64,000 nucleotides of DNA, taken from positions 183,122 through 247,121 of the forward strand of contig CAVPXI010000015.1 of NCBI GenBank assembly GCA_963709585.1, written 5' to 3'. A program made the translations under genes and the position numbers. Shown one piece after another: positions 31,734 through 41,397 of this stretch. Position 1 is the stretch's first letter; every line of letters begins with the position of its first letter. The notes under the pieces were generated by a model. That model searched no databases. It was not told where the DNA came from and was given only the letters and a program-made list of their open reading frames with translations. This DNA is from Candidatus Dormiibacterota bacterium. GTDB lineage: Bacteria > Chloroflexota > Dormibacteria > Aeolococcales > Aeolococcaceae.

Positions 31734-32177
31734 TCAGGAGAGTTCCGCGAGGCCTCGAACGACCCACGCCTTGAGATCCTCGAAGCCGTAGAAGGGCGCG
31801 TTGTCGGCTTCGGCTCGTGCCAGCACATCCTCGGGCGACGCGCCGGCCCGTAGCCCGGCGTAGAGATAGACGAGAGCGGATGAACGCGGCCCGGTGCGAC
31901 ATGTGACCAGGGTCGGCCGGGACAACTGGTCGAGCGCTGCGACCTGCCGCCGAGCCAGGTCCATGTCGAGCACTCGAGGTGGATCGGATACGACATTGGC
32001 CGATTCTTGGACCGCCGCTTCCACGTCGGCGTACGACATGCCTCCCTCCATCGAAGCGAACTCGATGCCGCACAGGTACAACCACGACGCGGCATTCGCT
32101 TCGCGGGCGAAGGCTTTGGGATCGGCGATCATCCCGCGGTTGAAGGTCAGATCGGTGGGGCTTTGAAAATCGTTCAC
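31734..32177 (-). CDS. DUF442/PTP-like sulfurtransferase domain protein
   Basis: PTLVTCRTGPRS (CX4R loop); divergent from the MBL-rhodanese gene. Confidence 0.65.
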   Translation of the reverse strand: MNDFQSPTDLTFNRGMIADPKAFAREANAASWLYLCGIEFASMEGGMSYADVEAAVQESANVVSDPPRVLDMDLARRQVAALDQLSRPTLVTCRTGPRSSALVYLYAGLRAGASPEDVLARAEADNAPFYGFEDLKAWVVRGLAELS

Positions 32178-32199
32178 CACCGCAGTCTATATTTCGTCG

Positions 32200-33591
32200 A
32201 TGATCTTCGAGCAGTACTACCTCGAGTGCCTCTCGCAGGCCTCATATCTCATCGGCGATGAGACGACGGGGCGCGCGGTGGTGGTTGACCCTCGCCGCGA
32301 CATCGAGCAATACCTCCACTCGGCGAGGGAACACGGAGTCGCGATCGAGTTGGTCATCGAGACACATTTTCACGCCGACTTTCTCTCGGGTCATCTCGAG
32401 CTGGCCACCGCGACCGGCGCGCAGATCGGCTTCGGGGCGAGCGCCAAACCAGAGTTCGCGGCGCGGGCCCTGCACGATGGCGAGCGCATCTCGCTCGGCC
32501 AGGTCACCTTCGAGATCCTCGAAACGCCCGGGCATACGCCCGAGTTGATCAGCATCGCCGTCTACGAGCATCCCGACGACGCGGTCCCGTACGGCGTGCT
32601 CACCGGCGACACGCTCTTCATCGGTGATGTCGGGCGACCGGACCTGCTGTCATCGTTGGGGTCAACGTCCGAAGAGCTCGCGAACATGCTCCATCACTCG
32701 CTCGGCGCCAAGCTCCTGACGCTTCCTGACGCGACCCGCGTGTTCCCGGGTCACGGCGCCGGTTCAGCGTGCGGCAAGAACCTCTCCACCGACCTGTCAT
32801 CGACCATCGGCGAGCAACGCCTTTCGAACTACGCGCTGCAGCCGATGACGCGTGCCGAGTTCGTCCGGGTCGTGACCGAGGGTCAAGTCGCCGCACCGAG
32901 TTACTTCGCGTTCGACGCGATGCGCAACCGCGAGGGCCACGAGCTCCTCCACGAGCTCGAGCAGCCGATGCCGCTGACACTCGACGGCGCCCTCGCGCAC
33001 CAGCGCGAGGGTGCGATCCTGCTCGACACCCGGGATGCCGGCGAATTCGCGACCGGACACCTGGTCGGCTCGGTGGGCGTCGGCCTCGAGGGTCGCTACG
33101 CAGAGTACGTCGGCAGTTTGGTGCACCCGGACGAGCGGATCGTGCTCCTGACAGAGCCGGGCACCGAGCTCGAGGCCAAGGTGCGGCTCGGCCGCATCGG
33201 TTACGACCACGTCGCCGGGTACGTCGAGAACCTCTATGAGGCGTTCCTGAACCGCCCAGATCTCGTCCGGTCCGCTTCTCGACTCACGGTTCCGGCCTTC
33301 GAAGAACGTCAACGCACGATCCCCGCTCTCCAGGTCGTCGACGTGCGGAATCCGGGCGAGACCGAGAATGCCTCGATGCCGGGCGCCGCCAACATCCCGC
33401 TGCCGCGCCTGCGCGATGGATGGAGGGCGCTTGACCCGGACCGGCCCACGGTCGTGTTTTGCGCGGGTGGCTACCGTTCTTCGATCGCCGCGAGCTTGTT
33501 GCGCAGCGTCGGTTTCAATGACGTATCGGACATCCTGGGCGGATACCACGCCTGGGCGGCAGTGCAGGCGCGTAAGGGCGCATCAAGCTGA
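32200..33591 (+). CDS. MBL-fold persulfide dioxygenase with two rhodanese domains (CstB-like)
   Basis: CLSQASY, ETHFHADF.SG, TPGHTPE, GDTLF.GDVGRPD, GAGSACG, C-terminal CAGGYRS. Confidence 0.9.
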   Translation: MIFEQYYLECLSQASYLIGDETTGRAVVVDPRRDIEQYLHSAREHGVAIELVIETHFHADFLSGHLELATATGAQIGFGASAKPEFAARALHDGERISLGQVTFEILETPGHTPELISIAVYEHPDDAVPYGVLTGDTLFIGDVGRPDLLSSLGSTSEELANMLHHSLGAKLLTLPDATRVFPGHGAGSACGKNLSTDLSSTIGEQRLSNYALQPMTRAEFVRVVTEGQVAAPSYFAFDAMRNREGHELLHELEQPMPLTLDGALAHQREGAILLDTRDAGEFATGHLVGSVGVGLEGRYAEYVGSLVHPDERIVLLTEPGTELEAKVRLGRIGYDHVAGYVENLYEAFLNRPDLVRSASRLTVPAFEERQRTIPALQVVDVRNPGETENASMPGAANIPLPRLRDGWRALDPDRPTVVFCAGGYRSSIAASLLRSVGFNDVSDILGGYHAWAAVQARKGASS

Positions 33592-33619
33592 ACGCGGCAA
33601 GCCGCGCGCGCTGATTCGC

Positions 33620-33982
33620 CTAGGACGGGAGTGTCAGGCGGTCGCCAACGTTGACCCCGGCGGCGGCCACACTACCGGCGGGAAGTTCTATACAGGCCTT
33701 GGCTTTTCTGACCACCCGGGTGACGCGCCAGGGACGCAGCGATGGGTAGATCCTGACGACCACACCGTCCCTGTCGACGAAGACGGCATCGACCGCAATC
33801 CGCATGAAGAACATGTGGATGGAGCTGCACGGACGCAGGCAGAGGCCCGTGTCGGCGGCGAGCTCGCGGCGGCCCATCAGGCCCACGAATCGTTGCCAGG
33901 GCGTCTCGGCCATCGCGACCGCTCCGGCAACGGTGGTGCCGGTGGACGTGGTCAGACGGAAGCTCCGCTGCGTCGAGGACAT
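33620..33982 (-). CDS. DUF192 family protein
   Basis: R..GLMGR, PC.SIHMFFM...D.VF.D, ELPAG. Confidence 0.85.
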   Translation of the reverse strand: MSSTQRSFRLTTSTGTTVAGAVAMAETPWQRFVGLMGRRELAADTGLCLRPCSSIHMFFMRIAVDAVFVDRDGVVVRIYPSLRPWRVTRVVRKAKACIELPAGSVAAAGVNVGDRLTLPS

Positions 33983-34026
33983 GACCGCGATCCTACCCGG
34001 CGAATCCGGGCGCACCGCCACCGTCG

Positions 34027-35130
34027 CTAGGTCGTCGCTCGGCTGTCAGGGATGGTGACGCGGACCTCGGTTCCAAGCCCGAGACCGCTGCGAACCTGCA
34101 CGCGCCCCCCGACCAGTGCGGCCCGTTCGCGCATCTGGATCAGACCGAGCCCGGCGGTGCGCCCCATTCGCGCGTCGGTGGCGTTGACGTCGAACCCGTC
34201 GCCGTCGTCCTTCACCACGCCGACGACCATGCGCGGGAGGAAGGAGATGATCGCGTCGACCCGCTCGGGACTTCCATGCGCCAGTGCGTTGTCGAGCGCC
34301 TGCTCGAGGATCCGGTACATGGTGATCTCCGCGAGCGCGGGCATGCGGCGTTCGCTGCCGAGGACGTGGAGGAGCACCGTTCCCCGCCCGGTCCATGCTG
34401 CCAGGAGCTCGCGGATCGCCCCCAGCAGTCCTCGATCCTCGGTCAGCGGCAGGAGTCCGGCGATGACCTCCCCAAGCTGCTCCGACGCCTCTGAGGCAGC
34501 GGCCCGGCAGCGGGTGCTGGCGCCGGCTGCCATCACGGGTTCGCTCGCAATGCTCCTGCCGATCAACTCCGCCTCGAGGGCGGCGTCGGCGAGCCGCTGC
34601 ATCGGGCCTTCGAGGATGAGCCGCGCGGTCTCGGCGTGCTCGACGTCGGCGATCTCATAGATCTGGCGAGACGCCTGGCTGTACCGGCTCGCACGCTGGT
34701 GTGGATCGGCGACTGACTGCGGAGGGACGGTGGAAAGCCCGCGGCTCATGGAGCGCAGCAGGTTCTGCTCGGCCATGACGTCCGCGAGGCGGGTCCGGAG
34801 CCCCTTGGCGCGTGTCTCGAGGCGGGTCAGCTCCGTGCTCATCTCGAGGCCTTCGTTGAAGATCACCGCGATCTCGGAAAGGATCGCATTCGACGTCACC
34901 CTCGAGACCACCTCCAAAGCCGTGTGGCGCGCCTCCTCCACCCGATGAAGCCGGACGAGCACATTGGCACGCCGCGCGCCGACGTCGATCAGCTGGCGCT
35001 CGATGTCGTCGGCGACCTCCTCGAGATCCGAGGCTCGCGAATCCAGGTGAAACCGCAGTCCCACCAGGGGCGCCTCGGCGACCCGGACATCAATGTGGCC
35101 CGACCCCGTGGCTCGCTGCGCGGTTCTCAC
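34027..35130 (-). CDS. DegS-like cytoplasmic histidine-kinase-like protein lacking the phospho-acceptor His
   Basis: Coiled coil, ARLILEGPMQ in place of AREIHDGPAQ, HATPase boxes (ALDNA..H, DDGDGF, GLGL..MRERA). Confidence 0.75.
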   Translation of the reverse strand: MRTAQRATGSGHIDVRVAEAPLVGLRFHLDSRASDLEEVADDIERQLIDVGARRANVLVRLHRVEEARHTALEVVSRVTSNAILSEIAVIFNEGLEMSTELTRLETRAKGLRTRLADVMAEQNLLRSMSRGLSTVPPQSVADPHQRASRYSQASRQIYEIADVEHAETARLILEGPMQRLADAALEAELIGRSIASEPVMAAGASTRCRAAASEASEQLGEVIAGLLPLTEDRGLLGAIRELLAAWTGRGTVLLHVLGSERRMPALAEITMYRILEQALDNALAHGSPERVDAIISFLPRMVVGVVKDDGDGFDVNATDARMGRTAGLGLIQMRERAALVGGRVQVRSGLGLGTEVRVTIPDSRATT

Positions 35131-35137
35131 ACCGCGA

Positions 35138-35842
35138 TTATCGCCGGACGATGAACCGGAGTCGCACGAGGTCGTAGAGCACGCCAAACGAATCGCGCAT
35201 GGCGCTGACCCGGGAATCCTCTTTGTGCTCCCAGCGCACCGGTACTTCCTCGACGGTCCAGCCAAGCCGGCGAGCGCGCAGGAGCACCTCGGCATCGAAC
35301 CCGAAGCGGAGCGTGCGCAGCGGCGTGAAGCAGGCCACCGCCGCCTCGGCCGTGAATGCCTTGAACCCGCACTGGGTGTCGTGGAGACCACGCAGCGCCG
35401 CCACGCGCAGCAACCGGTTGTAGGTGCGGCCCATCACCTCGCGTCTCCCCGGCTGGTGGACGTCGATCCGCGAGTCCGGCAGCGCGCGCGATGCGATCGC
35501 CACGGCGCAATTGCCCTGCAGACGAGCACGCAGCCGTTCGACCTCCTCGATCGGCGTGCTGAGATCCGCGTCGCTGAACACACGATGCTCACCCGTTGCG
35601 CTCAACATCCCGAGGCGGACCGCGGCGCCCTTGCCGGTGTTGTGCTCGATCGCCAGCACCTGCAGCTGCGGCCACCCCTCGGCGATCGCGCGTGACATCG
35701 CCAGGGTGCCGTCGCTGCTGCCGTCGTCGACGATAAGAACCTCGTAGCGCTCGTCGCGGCCGTCCAGGTACGCGCGCATCCGCTCGAGCGTCGCGGGCAG
35801 GCGCTGCTCCTCGTTGTAGGCCGGAACGATGATGCTGAGCAC
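35138..35842 (-). CDS. GT2 polyprenyl-phosphate glycosyltransferase (ALG5/DPM1-like)
   Basis: SIIVPAYNE, VDDGSSD, GKGAAV, DADLS, DTQCGFK; start approximate. Confidence 0.9.
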   Translation of the reverse strand: MLSIIVPAYNEEQRLPATLERMRAYLDGRDERYEVLIVDDGSSDGTLAMSRAIAEGWPQLQVLAIEHNTGKGAAVRLGMLSATGEHRVFSDADLSTPIEEVERLRARLQGNCAVAIASRALPDSRIDVHQPGRREVMGRTYNRLLRVAALRGLHDTQCGFKAFTAEAAVACFTPLRTLRFGFDAEVLLRARRLGWTVEEVPVRWEHKEDSRVSAMRDSFGVLYDLVRLRFIVRR

Positions 35843-35853
35843 GGACAGGCTGG

Positions 35854-36627
35854 TCAGCGTCCGGCGCGGAGCGCGGCCGCCTCGCGGCGCTCGAGCCACC
35901 AGAAGACGGGGAGCACCGACTGACGCCGAAGACGCCACGGCTGGTTCGCCAGCCGCCAGGCCCATTCGAGGCCGGCACCACGGACGGCGGCGGGTGCGCG
36001 GCGGACGCGGCCGGCGAGGAAGTCAAGCGAGCCACCCACGCCGATTCCCGAGGCGGCCCCGATGGGGCCGAGGTAACGGTCGAGGAAGAGCTCCTGACGG
36101 CCGGCACCGAACGCGGCCAGGACCATCTCCGGCTGCGCTGTCTCGAGCTCGGCTGCTGTCGCCTTTCCGGGAGGGCCGTCACTCACCGCCACGACCTGGA
36201 GTTCCGGGTGCGTCCCGAGCATGTGGTCGCGCGCCGCGACCGCGACGCCCGGCGCCCCGCCGACCAGCGCGATCCGGTGAGCGTGGCGTACCGCCTCCGG
36301 GAGGTATGCGGCGAGCAGGTCGGCGCCACCGACACGCTCGACCTCGGGATGACCGCGACGGCGGAGCGCGCGTACCACGCCGATGCCGTCGGGCACCACG
36401 AGCGCGGCCGAGTCGAGCACCGAGCTGAACGCCGGGCTGCGCCGCGCCATCATCACCATCTCGGGATTGAGGGTGATGACCACCGCGGGATGCGAGGTCC
36501 TGTCGGTACGACCACGTTCCACCAAGTCCACAAGCGTCGCTACGGCCGTCGCCATGTCGACGATGTCGACGGGGCACCCGAGCACACGAGCTCGCTCCGT
36601 CGTTCGCGCGACGGGCGGCGCCACCAC
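35854..36627 (-). CDS. WecB/TagA/CpsF (GT26) glycosyltransferase
   Basis: TLNPE, PDGIG, ERV.G.DL, QE, GVGGSLD, RAP, GLEW.WRL. Confidence 0.92.
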   Translation of the reverse strand: MVAPPVARTTERARVLGCPVDIVDMATAVATLVDLVERGRTDRTSHPAVVITLNPEMVMMARRSPAFSSVLDSAALVVPDGIGVVRALRRRGHPEVERVGGADLLAAYLPEAVRHAHRIALVGGAPGVAVAARDHMLGTHPELQVVAVSDGPPGKATAAELETAQPEMVLAAFGAGRQELFLDRYLGPIGAASGIGVGGSLDFLAGRVRRAPAAVRGAGLEWAWRLANQPWRLRRQSVLPVFWWLERREAAALRAGR

Positions 36628-37028
36628 TACCGCTTGGTGTACTGCGGCGCCTTCCGTGCTCGCTTCAGACCGTATTTCTTCCGCTCTTTCTCGCGCGAGT
36701 TGCGGGTGAGCAGGCCCGCCGCCTTGAGCACCGGGCGCAGCTCGGGATCGGCAGCGATCAGCGCGCGCGCGATCCCGTGGCACACGGCGCCGGCCTGGCC
36801 CGCGATGCCGCCACCGAAGACCTTGACCGAGACTTCGAAACGGCCGGTCGTGTCGGTGACCCGGAGTGGCTGCGTGACCACCGTCTCGAGGTCGCGGCGC
36901 CCGAAGTATTCGCTCGGCGGACGGTTGTTGACGACGATGACGCCGTCGCCGGGGACGATGCGCACGCGCGCGACCGCCGTCTTGCGGCGGCCGGTGGCCT
37001 GCTTGTATGCCTCAACTGCTGCGGGCAA
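36627..37028 (-). CDS. rpsI: 30S ribosomal protein S9
   Basis: [30 protein letters not shown]. Confidence 0.97.
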   Translation of the reverse strand: MPAAVEAYKQATGRRKTAVARVRIVPGDGVIVVNNRPPSEYFGRRDLETVVTQPLRVTDTTGRFEVSVKVFGGGIAGQAGAVCHGIARALIAADPELRPVLKAAGLLTRNSREKERKKYGLKRARKAPQYTKR

Positions 37029-37485
37029 CGATGATCTCCCCTAGCTCGCCGAAGGTGATCGGCTGCGGTCGCTGGGCCTCGTGTTTGTGCTCCGACCCCG
37101 CGTAGACGCGAAGGTGGGTCAGCTGCTCGGCACCGAGGGTGTTGTGCTGCAGCATGCCGCGGACCGCATGCATGATCGGAAACGTCGCGTCGACGGCCAT
37201 CGCCTCATCGAAGGTGCGGACGCGCCGCCCGCTGGGATACCCGGAGTAGCGGTCGTACTGCTTGAGCGTGCGCTTGCGACCGGTGACCACGATGTCACGC
37301 GCATTGATGACGATGACGTGCTCGCCGGTGTTGATGTGCTGGGTGAACTGGGGACGGTGCTTGCCGCGCAGGACGCGGGCGATGTTGGCCGCCAGACGGC
37401 CGAGCGTCTGCCCGCGAGCGTCGACGAGGAACCAGCGCTGCTCGAGCTCCGCCGGCTTTGCCTGGTAGGTCAGCATTGCGCTCAT
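37012..37485 (-). CDS. rplM: 50S ribosomal protein L13
   Basis: WFLVDA.G.TLGRLA, LRGKH.P, SGYP.G. Confidence 0.96.
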   Translation of the reverse strand: MSAMLTYQAKPAELEQRWFLVDARGQTLGRLAANIARVLRGKHRPQFTQHINTGEHVIVINARDIVVTGRKRTLKQYDRYSGYPSGRRVRTFDEAMAVDATFPIMHAVRGMLQHNTLGAEQLTHLRVYAGSEHKHEAQRPQPITFGELGEIIVARSS

Positions 37486-38294
37486 GCTGCGAGCACCTGC
37501 TCTGCGAGGGTGGCCTCGTAGCGCACCGACCACTGGTGCAGGCCGCGTGCGGGAGCGACCGCCACCGACGGATCGCGCGCGGTCGCAGTGTCGACGAGTG
37601 ACCCGAGCCACTCCGGCGTCGCGCGTCCCTGACCGATTTTCACGAGGGCGCCCGAGAACGATCGCATCATGCCGCGGAGGAACGCATCGGCATGCACGGT
37701 GATCGCAATCGTCTCGAGGATCGGTCCTTGTTGGTCGGCCGCGGCGGTTTCTCCGAGGTCGTGGCGGTCGATGCTGACCGACGCAACGTGGCGCACGGTG
37801 CCGCCACCCGGACGCGGCGAGGTCCCGAACGCTGCGAAATCATGCCTGCCGACCAGGTGCGCTGCCGCCGTCCGCATCGCGTCGATGTCGAGCGGACCGC
37901 GAACCGTCCAGGCGTTGCGGCGCATCACCGGCGCGCGGCCGTCCCTGCACACGATGAGGTAGCGGTAGGTTCGCTCCACGGCATCGCGACGTGCATCGAA
38001 GCGCTCCTGCCGGATCGCGACGCTGCGCACCGCAAGATCCGCGGGGAGCGTCGCGTTGAGCGCGTTGCGCAGCTCGTCGGGCGCCCAGCCACGCTCGAGC
38101 GTGCATCCGACGACCTGCCCGTGCGCGTGCGCGCCGGAGTTGGTCCGCCCTGCCGCGGTGAGCGCGGGCGTCTCGGACGTGACGGTCCGGAGCGCGTCAT
38201 TGAACACGCCCATTGCGGTCCGCACGCTCGGCTGGATCTGCCAGCCGGCGAAATCGGTGCCGTCGTACTCGAGGGTCAGGCCGTAGGTGGGCAC
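37482..38294 (-). CDS. truA: tRNA pseudouridine(38-40) synthase TruA
   Basis: YDGT.F.GWQ, GRT[N]SGAHA.GQ, G.HDF..F, FL..M.R; catalytic Asp reads as Asn. Confidence 0.93.
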   Translation of the reverse strand: MPTYGLTLEYDGTDFAGWQIQPSVRTAMGVFNDALRTVTSETPALTAAGRTNSGAHAHGQVVGCTLERGWAPDELRNALNATLPADLAVRSVAIRQERFDARRDAVERTYRYLIVCRDGRAPVMRRNAWTVRGPLDIDAMRTAAAHLVGRHDFAAFGTSPRPGGGTVRHVASVSIDRHDLGETAAADQQGPILETIAITVHADAFLRGMMRSFSGALVKIGQGRATPEWLGSLVDTATARDPSVAVAPARGLHQWSVRYEATLAEQVLAA

Positions 38295-38307
38295 GAGTGA
38301 CTCGTTC

Positions 38308-38661
38308 CTACTCGACCAGCTCGATGATCGCCATCGGCGCGGCATCACTACGCCGCGGTGGCAGCTTGACGACCCGCGTGTAACCCCCCGGCCGCTCCTT
38401 GTAGCGCTCGAGGTACGTGGAGAAGAGCTTGTTCGAGACCTCGCGGTCGTTGACGTACAACGCGACCTTGCGGCGCGCGTTGAGGTCGTCGGGCTTGGCG
38501 TCGGTGATCACCCGCTCGACCCATCGACGCAGCTCCTTGGCCTTCGCCTCGGTGGTCGTGATGCGACCGTAGCGCAGCAATGAGGTCACCTGGTTGCGCG
38601 TCATCGACTGGCGATGCGCCGCGCTGCGCCCAAACTTCCGACCGGCGATCCGATGCCGCAT
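38308..38661 (-). CDS. rplQ: 50S ribosomal protein L17
   Basis: MRHR, ITTT.AKAK, GGYTR. Confidence 0.97.
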   Translation of the reverse strand: MRHRIAGRKFGRSAAHRQSMTRNQVTSLLRYGRITTTEAKAKELRRWVERVITDAKPDDLNARRKVALYVNDREVSNKLFSTYLERYKERPGGYTRVVKLPPRRSDAAPMAIIELVE

Positions 38662-38673
38662 GAGGGGTTCCGG

Positions 38674-39648
38674 TTACCGCGCCATCGGCTGGAACAGCGT
38701 TTCCAGCTCTTCCGGGGTCACCAGCTCGCGCTGCACCAGCTTCTCGCGAATCTCGTCGAGCGACTTCTGCCCGAAGTTGCGCAGGGTGAGCAGCTCTTCC
38801 TGCTTCATCGCAACCAGCTGACCGACCTTGGTGATGTCGTTCGCCTTGAGGCAGTTGAGCGCGCGGACGCTGAGCTCGAGGTCCTCGATCGGAACGTCGG
38901 CGAGGCGGCTGGGGAGGTCATTGCCCCGGGCCTGACGCTGCTGCGGCGCCGCCAGGTTGTCGCCGAACCGAACGAAGAGTCCGAGGTGATCGGTGAAGAG
39001 CCCGGCGGCGCGGCTGACCGCTTCTACCGGCGCGAGAGTCCCGTCCGTCCACACCTCGACGACCAGCTTGTCCCACTCCGTCTCCTGACCGACGCGGGTC
39101 TTCTCGACGAAGAAGTTGGCCTTGCGCACCGGGGTGAAGATGGCGTCGATCGGGATCACCCCGATCGCCTGGCCCTCCTTCTTGTTGCGCTCGGCGGTCA
39201 CGTATCCCTTGCCGCGCTCGACCATTAGGTCCATGCGCAGCTGCGCCTTGGGCGAGTCCAGGGTGGCGATGTGCTGACCCGGGTTGCGGATCTCGATGTC
39301 ACTCGTCAGCTCGATGTCGCCGGCGGTCACATCGCGAGGGCCGTGCTGGTCCAGGCTGATGCGCACCGGGTCGTCGCTGTGCGAAAGGACGTTGATCTCC
39401 TTGATGTTGAGCAGGATCTCGGTCACGTCTTCCTTGACGTTCTCGATCGAGCTGAACTCGTGGGCGATGCCCTCGATCGACACCGAGGTGATCGCGGCGC
39501 CTGGGAGCGAGGACAGGAGCACGCGGCGAAGCGAGTTGCCGAGCGTGACGCCGAATCCGGGCTCGAGCGGCTCGATCTCGAACTTGCCGTAGTCGGCACT
39601 GCTCTCGATCTCCTTGACGGCGGGGGTGGTCATCATGTCAATTGCCAT
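38674..39648 (-). CDS. rpoA: RNA polymerase alpha subunit
   Basis: EPLEPGFGVTLGNSLRRVLLSS, LSVRA.NCL, NFG.KS. Confidence 0.98.
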   Translation of the reverse strand: MAIDMMTTPAVKEIESSADYGKFEIEPLEPGFGVTLGNSLRRVLLSSLPGAAITSVSIEGIAHEFSSIENVKEDVTEILLNIKEINVLSHSDDPVRISLDQHGPRDVTAGDIELTSDIEIRNPGQHIATLDSPKAQLRMDLMVERGKGYVTAERNKKEGQAIGVIPIDAIFTPVRKANFFVEKTRVGQETEWDKLVVEVWTDGTLAPVEAVSRAAGLFTDHLGLFVRFGDNLAAPQQRQARGNDLPSRLADVPIEDLELSVRALNCLKANDITKVGQLVAMKQEELLTLRNFGQKSLDEIREKLVQRELVTPEELETLFQPMAR

Positions 39649-39704
39649 TCAGGACTCCTCTAGAGGGAACAGGGGTGTTGCGCCGATCCCGGCGCGGAGC
39701 ATGG

Positions 39705-40334
39705 TCATCTCGAGTAGTACTCCACGATGAGCTGCTCTTCGATTTGTTGTTCCATCTCATGGCGCTCGGGTAAACGTGTGACCGTGCCCCGCAGCGCCGC
39801 GGCGTCCAGCGTCAGCCACTCCGGGACCGACCGGCCGGACACGAGCTGCTGCGCGTTCTCGAGCACCAGCATCTTCCGGCTGCGCTCGCGAACCTCGACG
39901 ATGTCGCCGGGGCGCAACTGCGCGGAGGCGATGTTCAGCGCCCGGCCGTTGACCTTGAAGTGGCGGTGGCTCACCAGTTGGCGTGCCTCGCGACGCGAGC
40001 TGGCGAGCCCGAGCCGGTAGACGATGTTGTCCAGCCGGCGCTCGAGCTGCTGGAGCAGGACGGTGCCGGTGACCCCCTCGGCACCCTCGGCGCGCTCGAA
40101 GTAGCGCCGGAACTGGGTCTCGAGAACCCCATAGATGCGCCGCGCCTTCTGCTTGGCGCGCAGCTGGATGCCGTAGTCACTCGCCTTGCGCCGGCGCGCG
40201 AGCCCGTGCTGTCCGGGGAGCAGCCCGCTGCGCTTGTCGAACGTGCAGTTGGTCACGCATTTGGCGCCCTTGAGATAGAGCTTTGCACCCTCGCGGCGAC
40301 AGAGGCGGCAGACCGGACCCGCTTGATTGGCCAT
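39705..40334 (-). CDS. rpsD: 30S ribosomal protein S4
   Basis: CRLCRREG, KQK, LERRLDN, IVEYYSR. Confidence 0.97.
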   Translation of the reverse strand: MANQAGPVCRLCRREGAKLYLKGAKCVTNCTFDKRSGLLPGQHGLARRRKASDYGIQLRAKQKARRIYGVLETQFRRYFERAEGAEGVTGTVLLQQLERRLDNIVYRLGLASSRREARQLVSHRHFKVNGRALNIASAQLRPGDIVEVRERSRKMLVLENAQQLVSGRSVPEWLTLDAAALRGTVTRLPERHEMEQQIEEQLIVEYYSR

Positions 40335-40342
40335 CGAATCCC

Positions 40343-40738
40343 CTAGACCCGGCGCCGCTTGGGGGGGCGGCAGCCGTTGTGCGGGATGGGGGTGACATCG
40401 GAGATGGCGCTGACGTCGAGCCCGCTCGCCTGGAGGCTGCGGATCGCCGCCTCGCGGCCGGCGCCCGGGCCTTTGACGAAGATCTCGATCGACTTCAGAC
40501 CGTGCTCCATCGCCCGCCGGGCCGCCGCCTCGGCGGTGACCTGCGCGGCGAATGGGGTGCTCTTGCGCGAACCCTTGAAGCCCTGCGCACCCGCCGATCC
40601 CCAGGCGATGACGTTGCCGTCAGGGTCGGTGAGGCTGACGATGGTGTTGTTGAATGTCGCCAGGACATGCGCCTGACCGACGGCGATGTTCTTGCGCTCG
40701 CGCCGGCGGGTCCGGACGACCTTCTTCTTCTTGGCCAT
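40343..40738 (-). CDS. rpsK: 30S ribosomal protein S11
   Basis: [23 protein letters not shown]. Confidence 0.98.
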   Translation of the reverse strand: MAKKKKVVRTRRRERKNIAVGQAHVLATFNNTIVSLTDPDGNVIAWGSAGAQGFKGSRKSTPFAAQVTAEAAARRAMEHGLKSIEIFVKGPGAGREAAIRSLQASGLDVSAISDVTPIPHNGCRPPKRRRV

Positions 40739-40741
40739 GGG

Positions 40742-41128
40742 TTACTTGGTTGCCTTCTTGCGGCGCACGCCCACGGTTTTCTTGGGTCCGCGACGGGTGC
40801 GAGCGTTGGTGCGGGTGCGCTGCCCGCGAACCGGGAGTCCGCGGCGGTGGCGCAGGCCGCGATACGTGCCGATCTCGGTGAGACGCTTGATGTTGAGCGC
40901 GATCTGGCGGCGGAGGTCGCCCTCCACCCTGCCCTGCAGCTGCTTGGCGATGACGTCGCGCAGCTTCCCGACCTGGGCGTCGCTCAGGTCCTTGGTGCGG
41001 GTGTCGGCGGCGACGCCGGCGAGCGACAGCATTCGCTTTGCGGTGGTCGGCCCAATCCCATAGATGTAGGTGAGGGCGATCTCAATCCGCTTGTCTCGAG
41101 GGACATCAACTCCGGCGATACGGGCCAT
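40742..41128 (-). CDS. rpsM: 30S ribosomal protein S13
   Basis: [23 protein letters not shown]. Confidence 0.98.
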   Translation of the reverse strand: MARIAGVDVPRDKRIEIALTYIYGIGPTTAKRMLSLAGVAADTRTKDLSDAQVGKLRDVIAKQLQGRVEGDLRRQIALNIKRLTEIGTYRGLRHRRGLPVRGQRTRTNARTRRGPKKTVGVRRKKATK

Positions 41129-41137
41129 TGCTCGGCG

Positions 41138-41251
41138 CTAGCCCTGCCGCTGCTTGTGCTTCGGGATCTCGCAGATCACCCTGACCGCACCGTGGCGCTT
41201 GATGATCTTGCAGTGCTCACACAGGCGTTTGACTGACGCTCTGACTTTCAT
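41138..41251 (-). CDS. rpmJ: 50S ribosomal protein L36 (Zn-binding type)
   Basis: Manual translation [37 protein letters not shown]. Confidence 0.97.
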   Translation of the reverse strand: MKVRASVKRLCEHCKIIKRHGAVRVICEIPKHKQRQG

Positions 41252-41397
41252 CCTGGTAACGAATTCCTCATGGTTGGCGGCGTCGGGAGCCGATGGCAAA
41301 GTGCTCGATGCGTCCGGGGGCGATCCGTGACGCTGGTGCCGGCGGTACCCCGATACGTGCGCGCCGAACCAGGCTCATGCGAGAGCCCGAGGAAATC

